Source of the DNA: Gemmatimonadota bacterium
GTDB lineage: Bacteria; Gemmatimonadota; Gemmatimonadetes; Palauibacterales; Palauibacteraceae
Direction: 5' to 3'
DNA: 64,000 bases
Assembly (NCBI GenBank): GCA_051004775.1
Contig: JBPCJZ010000181.1
Coordinates: 2,391 to 66,390 of the forward strand
Shown here: positions 59,637 to 64,000 of the stretch, one piece after another
Numbering within the stretch: position 1 is the first letter of the stretch
Layout: every line of letters begins with the position of its first letter
Notes under the pieces: model-generated
Seen by the model: the letters and a program-made list of their open reading frames with translations, nothing else
What the model was told of the DNA's origin: nothing
Databases searched by the model: none
Program-made: the position numbers and the translations under genes

Positions 59637-59981
59637 TCAGGCCCCTTCCGCATTCTCCGCCGCCAGCTCCCGCTCCATGGTCGCAAGGATGCCGGCCGCA
59701 CGCTTCCGCAGGAGCGGCCGCTCTTCCCAGGAGAGGTAGTCGCGCAGGAGGAGAACGTTGTCGACCGCCGGCTGACTCTTCAGGTAGCCGAGCGCGGCCA
59801 GGCGCCGAAGGGGCTGCGGGCTGAACAACTCGCGCTGGTGGCGCGCCATCTGGTCGCGGGCCAGCAGGACGCCGGCCAGCCCGAGGGCAGCCGCGCCGAT
59901 CAGCGCTCCGAGGCCTACCTTCAGCAGGCGCCCCATCAGTTCGTCCGAACTGTCCCGCACCAACACGAATTTTTCGGCCAT
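59637..59981 (-). CDS. Small single-TM protein, hypothetical (immediately upstream of mglA-like gene)
   Basis: 114 aa, TM LLKVGLGALIGAAALGLAGVLLA. Not a Roadblock/MglB fold by sequence. Confidence 0.45.
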   Translation of the reverse strand: MAEKFVLVRDSSDELMGRLLKVGLGALIGAAALGLAGVLLARDQMARHQRELFSPQPLRRLAALGYLKSQPAVDNVLLLRDYLSWEERPLLRKRAAGILATMERELAAENAEGA

Positions 59982-60569
59982 CTACATCTCCCTGCGCCCG
60001 GCGAACGCTTCCGCGATCGTGACGCCATCCGCAAATTCCAGGTCACCGCCGACCGGCAGGCCGCGGGCGAGTCTCGTGACCCGCAGATTCGGCAGTCCCG
60101 ACGACAGTCGATGAAGATAGGCGGCCGTGGCCTCACCTTCCACGCTGGGATTCGTAGCGATGATCAGTTCGCTCACGCCCCGCTCGAGGCGGCGCATCAA
60201 GCTCGACATGTTCAGCTCGTCGGGCCCGATCCCATCGAGCGGCGACAGATGTCCACCCAGCACGTGGTAGCGGCCCCGGAACCTGCCGGACGCCTCGATC
60301 GCCGCGATGTCGGAAGCCTCCTCGACGACGCAGATCTCCCCCGGGTCGCGCCGTCCGTTGCAACAGAGCTCGCACGGATCCTCGGAGCTGAGGTTGCCGC
60401 ATTCCCCGCAGGCCCGGACCTCGTCCACCACCCGGTCGATCGCGGCGGCGAGGCGACGGGCATCCGCCGGAGGCGCCTTGAGGAGATAGTACGTCAACCG
60501 CTGTGCCGTCTTCCTGCCCACGCCGGGCAGGCGACTGAACTCCTGCACGAGACCGTCGATGGCAGACAT
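59982..60569 (-). CDS. recR: Recombination protein RecR
   Basis: HhH (LPGVGRKTAQRL), C4 zinc finger (CGECGNLSSEDPCELC), Toprim. Confidence 0.93.
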   Translation of the reverse strand: MSAIDGLVQEFSRLPGVGRKTAQRLTYYLLKAPPADARRLAAAIDRVVDEVRACGECGNLSSEDPCELCCNGRRDPGEICVVEEASDIAAIEASGRFRGRYHVLGGHLSPLDGIGPDELNMSSLMRRLERGVSELIIATNPSVEGEATAAYLHRLSSGLPNLRVTRLARGLPVGGDLEFADGVTIAEAFAGRREM

Positions 60570-60583
60570 CGGCTACAACCGAT

Positions 60584-60916
60584 TCAGCCGCCGAGCAGGG
60601 GCCCGAGGCCGGGCATGCCCAGCCCGCCTGCCGCCTGCTTCATTTCGGCTTCCATGGCCTCGCGCGAGCGTTTCTGCGCCTGGGTGACCGCGGCGAGCAC
60701 CAGGTCTTCGAGCATCTCGAGTTCCGCGGCATCGACCGCCTCGGCGTCGATGCGCAGGCCGACCAGGGTGCCCTTGCCGTCGACCGTCGCCTCCACGAGC
60801 CCGCCGCCACTCGATGCGGCGTGCGTCTGCTGCTCGAGCTTCTCCTGCACTTCCGCGATGCGCGACTGCAACTGCGTGGAAAGCTGCATCAATTGCTGTA
60901 TATTCTTGAAATCCAC
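60584..60916 (-). CDS. ybaB: Nucleoid-associated protein YbaB/EbfC
   Basis: FKNIQQLMQLSTQLQSRIAEVQEKLEQ...GGGLVEATVDGKGTLVGLRID. The start is approximate. Confidence 0.85.
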   Translation of the reverse strand: MDFKNIQQLMQLSTQLQSRIAEVQEKLEQQTHAASSGGGLVEATVDGKGTLVGLRIDAEAVDAAELEMLEDLVLAAVTQAQKRSREAMEAEMKQAAGGLGMPGLGPLLGG

Positions 60917-60992
60917 TGAAACTCCTGCACCTCGTTGAAGGGTACCAGCAGGTCGGTCGCTGAGGACCTGCTGCACGCCGCGACGGCCCGAT

Positions 60993-62756
60993 TCAGTCCT
61001 TCAGTCGCAGGTCGAGTTCTTGTACAGCCGTGCGGAGGTTCGGGTCCGCTTCCATCATGCGGTCCAGCCGCTGCTTCTGCGCCGTCTCGGCAGTAAAGCG
61101 CTCGCCGCGGCCCGCAGCCTCGACCTCCAGGACCAGCGAGCGCGGATCGATATCCAGCCGGCGCGAGAACTCGCGGCGAAACGTACTGGAGCGGAGGGGA
61201 TCCTCGAGAAAATTCTTCACTTCATCCTCCAGGCCCGCTACGACGCCGACCCGGATCCTATCCCCCGACCGCGAGAGCTTCGCGCTCGTGAGGGCTATCG
61301 CTTTTCCACCGATTCCCTTGCCGCGAAGGGCCGCGATCGTCTCCATCCAGGCCCCCTTCAACGCCGTCGGGTCCGCCGACAACGGGGAACTCGCGTCGGA
61401 GCCATCGGTCGCGGCGGCGGTCGAGCGCGCCTCGGGCTCGGCCGGCGCCTCGGGCTGGTCCATCGCTACGGGTTCGGCCGTCGCCTCGGGCCGGGCAGCC
61501 TCGTCGGTGTCGCGGGCGTCGTCGAGCGGCGGCGGCGCCGGGGTGGAGCGAGGCGAAGCGGTCGGGGCGGCCGGCCGCACTGGACGCACGGGCGCGCGCG
61601 GCGGAGTTCCCGTTTCGACGGCCTCCACGAGATCGGCGAACTCGACGTAGGACAGCATGCTGGTCAGCCGCAGCAGGAGCGCCTCGAGTTGGATGCGCGG
61701 CTGAGTGCTGCGGCGCAGACGGCCGGAGGACTCGAACTCCACGGTGGCCATGAGGTAGCGGAGCAGATCTTCCTCGCTGAACCGCGCGGCTTCCTCCGCG
61801 AACGCCGCCCGCGTGGCCGCGGGCAGATCGGCGCCGCCGGACTCGGGATCGAGCCGCAGGCCCAGCAAGACCCGCCAGGCTTCGCCGAGCCCCCGGAGGA
61901 ACTCGCCGAGGTCGTAGCCCTCGTCGAGCAGTTGCTGGACGAATGGGAACACCGAGGCCCGGTCCGCGTCGGCGACCGCCCGCACGATCTCGAGATACTT
62001 TTCCTCGGCGACCAGCCCGAGCATGCGGCGAACGTCTTTGACGGCGACGGAGTCGCCGGAGAAGGACAGGACCTGGTCGAGGAGAGACAGCGCGTCTCGG
62101 ACGCCGCCCTCGGCGCGCCGCGCGATCGGGAGAAGCGCGCCCGCCTCCGCCTCGACGCCTTCCCGCTCCAGCACCTCCTCGAGGCGACCGACGAGGTCGG
62201 ACACGGACACCCGGCGGAAGTCGAATCGCTGGCACCGGGAGAGGACGGGCGCCGCCGTCTGCCGGATCTTCTCGGGCTCGGTGGTGGCGAACACGAAGAT
62301 CACGCGCGGGGGCGGCTCCTCGAGTGTCTTGAGCAGGGCGTTCCACGCCTCCCGGGTGAGCATGTGCGCTTCATCGACGATGTAGACCTTGTAGCGAGAC
62401 TCGTCGGAGGGAGCGTACATCGCGCGTTCGCGCAGGCCGCGGGCGTCGTCGACGCCGCGATTGCTGGCCGCGTCGATCTCGACGACGTCGAGCGCGGTCC
62501 TCCCCGACCAGATGCTCTCGCACGACTCGCAGACGCCGCACGGCTCTCCGGCTTCCCGGTTCGGGCAATTGAGCGCCATGGCGAGGACGCGGGCGGCCGT
62601 GGTCTTGCCGATTCCGCGTGACCCGGCGAACAGGTAGGCGTGGCCGACCCGGCCGGATTCGACGGCGCTGCGAAGCGTCGAAGCGACGTGATCCTGGCCG
62701 ACGAGCTCCGCGAACCTGCGGGGGCGATGGCTGCGTGCGAGGGCGGTCCGATACAT
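60993..62756 (-). CDS. dnaX: DNA polymerase III subunit gamma/tau
   Basis: HAYLFAGSRGIGKTTAARVLA..., zinc module CPNREAGEPCGVCESC, SRC/sensor motifs. Confidence 0.92.
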   Translation of the reverse strand: MYRTALARSHRPRRFAELVGQDHVASTLRSAVESGRVGHAYLFAGSRGIGKTTAARVLAMALNCPNREAGEPCGVCESCESIWSGRTALDVVEIDAASNRGVDDARGLRERAMYAPSDESRYKVYIVDEAHMLTREAWNALLKTLEEPPPRVIFVFATTEPEKIRQTAAPVLSRCQRFDFRRVSVSDLVGRLEEVLEREGVEAEAGALLPIARRAEGGVRDALSLLDQVLSFSGDSVAVKDVRRMLGLVAEEKYLEIVRAVADADRASVFPFVQQLLDEGYDLGEFLRGLGEAWRVLLGLRLDPESGGADLPAATRAAFAEEAARFSEEDLLRYLMATVEFESSGRLRRSTQPRIQLEALLLRLTSMLSYVEFADLVEAVETGTPPRAPVRPVRPAAPTASPRSTPAPPPLDDARDTDEAARPEATAEPVAMDQPEAPAEPEARSTAAATDGSDASSPLSADPTALKGAWMETIAALRGKGIGGKAIALTSAKLSRSGDRIRVGVVAGLEDEVKNFLEDPLRSSTFRREFSRRLDIDPRSLVLEVEAAGRGERFTAETAQKQRLDRMMEADPNLRTAVQELDLRLKD

Positions 62757-62811
62757 GGGCTCAAGCTACCGGCGGAGGTGGTGCGGGGAAAGCGCGGGGA
62801 GCGCCCGAAAT

Positions 62812-62953
62812 GCCGGCGGACGCGCCCTGCAAACCCCCAGGCGAACCGTGGCGCCCATCACGAACTTACCGCTGCTACCTTCACGGTCCTGACGGGATTC
62901 GTACGCTCCGGACCCACGGGCCTGGGGACCCCGAACGTAGGAAGCCGCCGGCC
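62812..62953 (-). ncRNA. ffs: Signal recognition particle RNA (ffs, small bacterial SRP RNA)
   Basis: Gene-strand GUCAGGACCGUGAAGGUAGCAGCGGUAAG matches the domain IV helix-8 consensus (CAGG..CC-GNRA-AGG.AGCAGC). Closing helix CCGGCGG/CCGCCGG. It is immediately upstream of dnaX, as in the conserved ffs-dnaX-ybaB-recR arrangement. The ends are approximate. Confidence 0.6.
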
Positions 62954-62985
62954 GGAGGTCAACGCGGTGACGCTACGGCGGTCCC

Positions 62986-63345
62986 CTAGGCGTCGTCGCC
63001 CGTGAACGCGGCCCGCACGTGCTCGACGCGCGGCGGACCGTGCCGGCGAACCTCGACGGTCACGACGTCGAACCGGTACTCGGACGCCCTTTCGGGTCGC
63101 GTCGCTATCCAGCGGCCGGCCGCGCGGCGCATGTGGAGACGCTTCCTCCGATCGACGGCCTCTCCGGCCGGCTGCGGTCCGGAACGCCGTGTCTTCACCT
63201 CGACGAAGGCGATTACGCTTCCTTCGCGTACCACGAGGTCGACCTCAAGCCGTCCCGCCCGCCAGTTGCGCGCGAGGATCAGGCATCCGCTGGCCTCCAG
63301 CCGACGGGCCGCGAGGTTCTCACCCCAGGTTCCGAGCGATTCCAC
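62986..63345 (-). CDS. yraN: YraN-family (UPF0102) predicted endonuclease
   Basis: 119 aa, GE..A...L...G..IL.RN.R...GE.D.V......I.FVEVK.R pattern. Confidence 0.8.
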   Translation of the reverse strand: MESLGTWGENLAARRLEASGCLILARNWRAGRLEVDLVVREGSVIAFVEVKTRRSGPQPAGEAVDRRKRLHMRRAAGRWIATRPERASEYRFDVVTVEVRRHGPPRVEHVRAAFTGDDA

Positions 63346-63404
63346 GACTTGAGGGTGGCCCCTCGGATCAACGAAGCGTCAGCGCCCGCGGGGGAGGAAC
63401 GCCC

Positions 63405-64000
63405 TCAGGACAGCGTTCGGGTCCAGCCTTCCGCCGCCATCTCGACCCGCCCCCCGTACCCGGCGGATGCGACGAGGGCGGCGACATCGGCCACGGCCCG
63501 GAACTGCGGGTAGACGTGAGTGAGCAGGAGAACGCCCGGCGAGGCCAGTCGGGCGAAGTCCGCCACGGCCGACGGCGACAGGTGGTTGTCGCCCACGAGG
63601 TGGTCCGGCAGCGAGCATTCGCAGACGAACAGGTCGCAGCCGCGGGCAAACCCTCCGAGGTCGACCGCGGGGCCGCTATCGCCGGTGTATGCGAGCGTGA
63701 ACCCGGCGCCGCCGCTCGCGTCCGCACCGTTCGCGGCGCCGCCGCTCGCGTCCAGCCGAAGCGCGAGGCTCTCCTCGGTGTGGGGCGTGTCGAGCGTCCG
63801 CAGCCGCAGGCCGGGCGCGAGTTCCAGGTCCGCGTCGGGCTCGACCTCGCGCACCGTCACCGGGAACCCGGGGTCGAGCATCTGCGGACCCGTCGCCGCC
63901 GCAAAACCGTCCATCATTGCCCTTGTGCCGGAGGGCCCCCAAATCGTCAGCGGCGCCGTGCGGACCTCGGGCAGGAGTCCGTAGGTGAGCGCGAAGAGCA
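63405..64000 (-). CDS. MBL-fold metallo-hydrolase (RNase Z/ElaC-like), C-terminal part; gene continues beyond window
   Basis: ...YTGDSGP...CDLFVCECSLPDH...LLLTHVYPQF, C-terminal MBL motifs. The N-terminus is off-window. Confidence 0.6.
   Translation of the reverse strand, partial: LFALTYGLLPEVRTAPLTIWGPSGTRAMMDGFAAATGPQMLDPGFPVTVREVEPDADLELAPGLRLRTLDTPHTEESLALRLDASGGAANGADASGGAGFTLAYTGDSGPAVDLGGFARGCDLFVCECSLPDHLVGDNHLSPSAVADFARLASPGVLLLTHVYPQFRAVADVAALVASAGYGGRVEMAAEGWTRTLS

Overview
This is a high-GC (~70%) bacterial chromosomal window that is almost entirely housekeeping and highly syntenic. Coordinates 1-11060 hold a complete division/cell-wall (dcw) cluster on the minus strand (mraZ-rsmH-ftsL-ftsI-murE-murF-mraY-murD-ftsW-murG'), preceded by textbook MraZ operator repeats. 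Next come a TPR protein and tRNA-Val, then a Gram-positive-like block (rluD-lspA-dksA-ileS ... divIVA-yggS) and tonB-exbD-exbD-exbB-cdaA-folP-ftsH-hpt-tilS. These are followed by frr-pyrH-tsf-rpsB-rpsI-rplM, a sigma factor, lepB and thpR. A plus-strand block follows: a queD-like PTPS gene fused into a pabB-pabA operon, an EamA transporter, a creatininase-family protein, MacA/MacB-like efflux genes, a PIG-L deacetylase and iscS-mnmA. The window ends with dnaJ-grpE, an alpha/beta hydrolase, a CinA C-domain, pgsA, an MglA-like GTPase, recR-ybaB-dnaX, an unannotated SRP RNA, yraN and a partial MBL-fold gene. The standout is ftsH, which is about 450 aa too long. It carries an in-frame 449-aa intein (Ser1 ... 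His-Asn / Ser+1) with a LAGLIDADG homing-endonuclease domain and an XRE-type HTH, inserted in the invariant FVGVGA|SRVRD segment between Walker A and Walker B of the AAA+ module. Other points of interest are a duplicated tRNA-Val 3' end, an MglA-like Ras GTPase (apparently lacking the catalytic Gln) embedded in the recR...pgsA operon, a degenerate PNP-like pseudoenzyme between divIVA and ileS, a PTPS-III-like (FolB-replacing?) gene with pabBA, a 24-bp in-frame tandem duplication in ileS, and a tilS start anomaly. Most long plus-strand ORFs between 1 and 39000 are GC-driven antisense artefacts.
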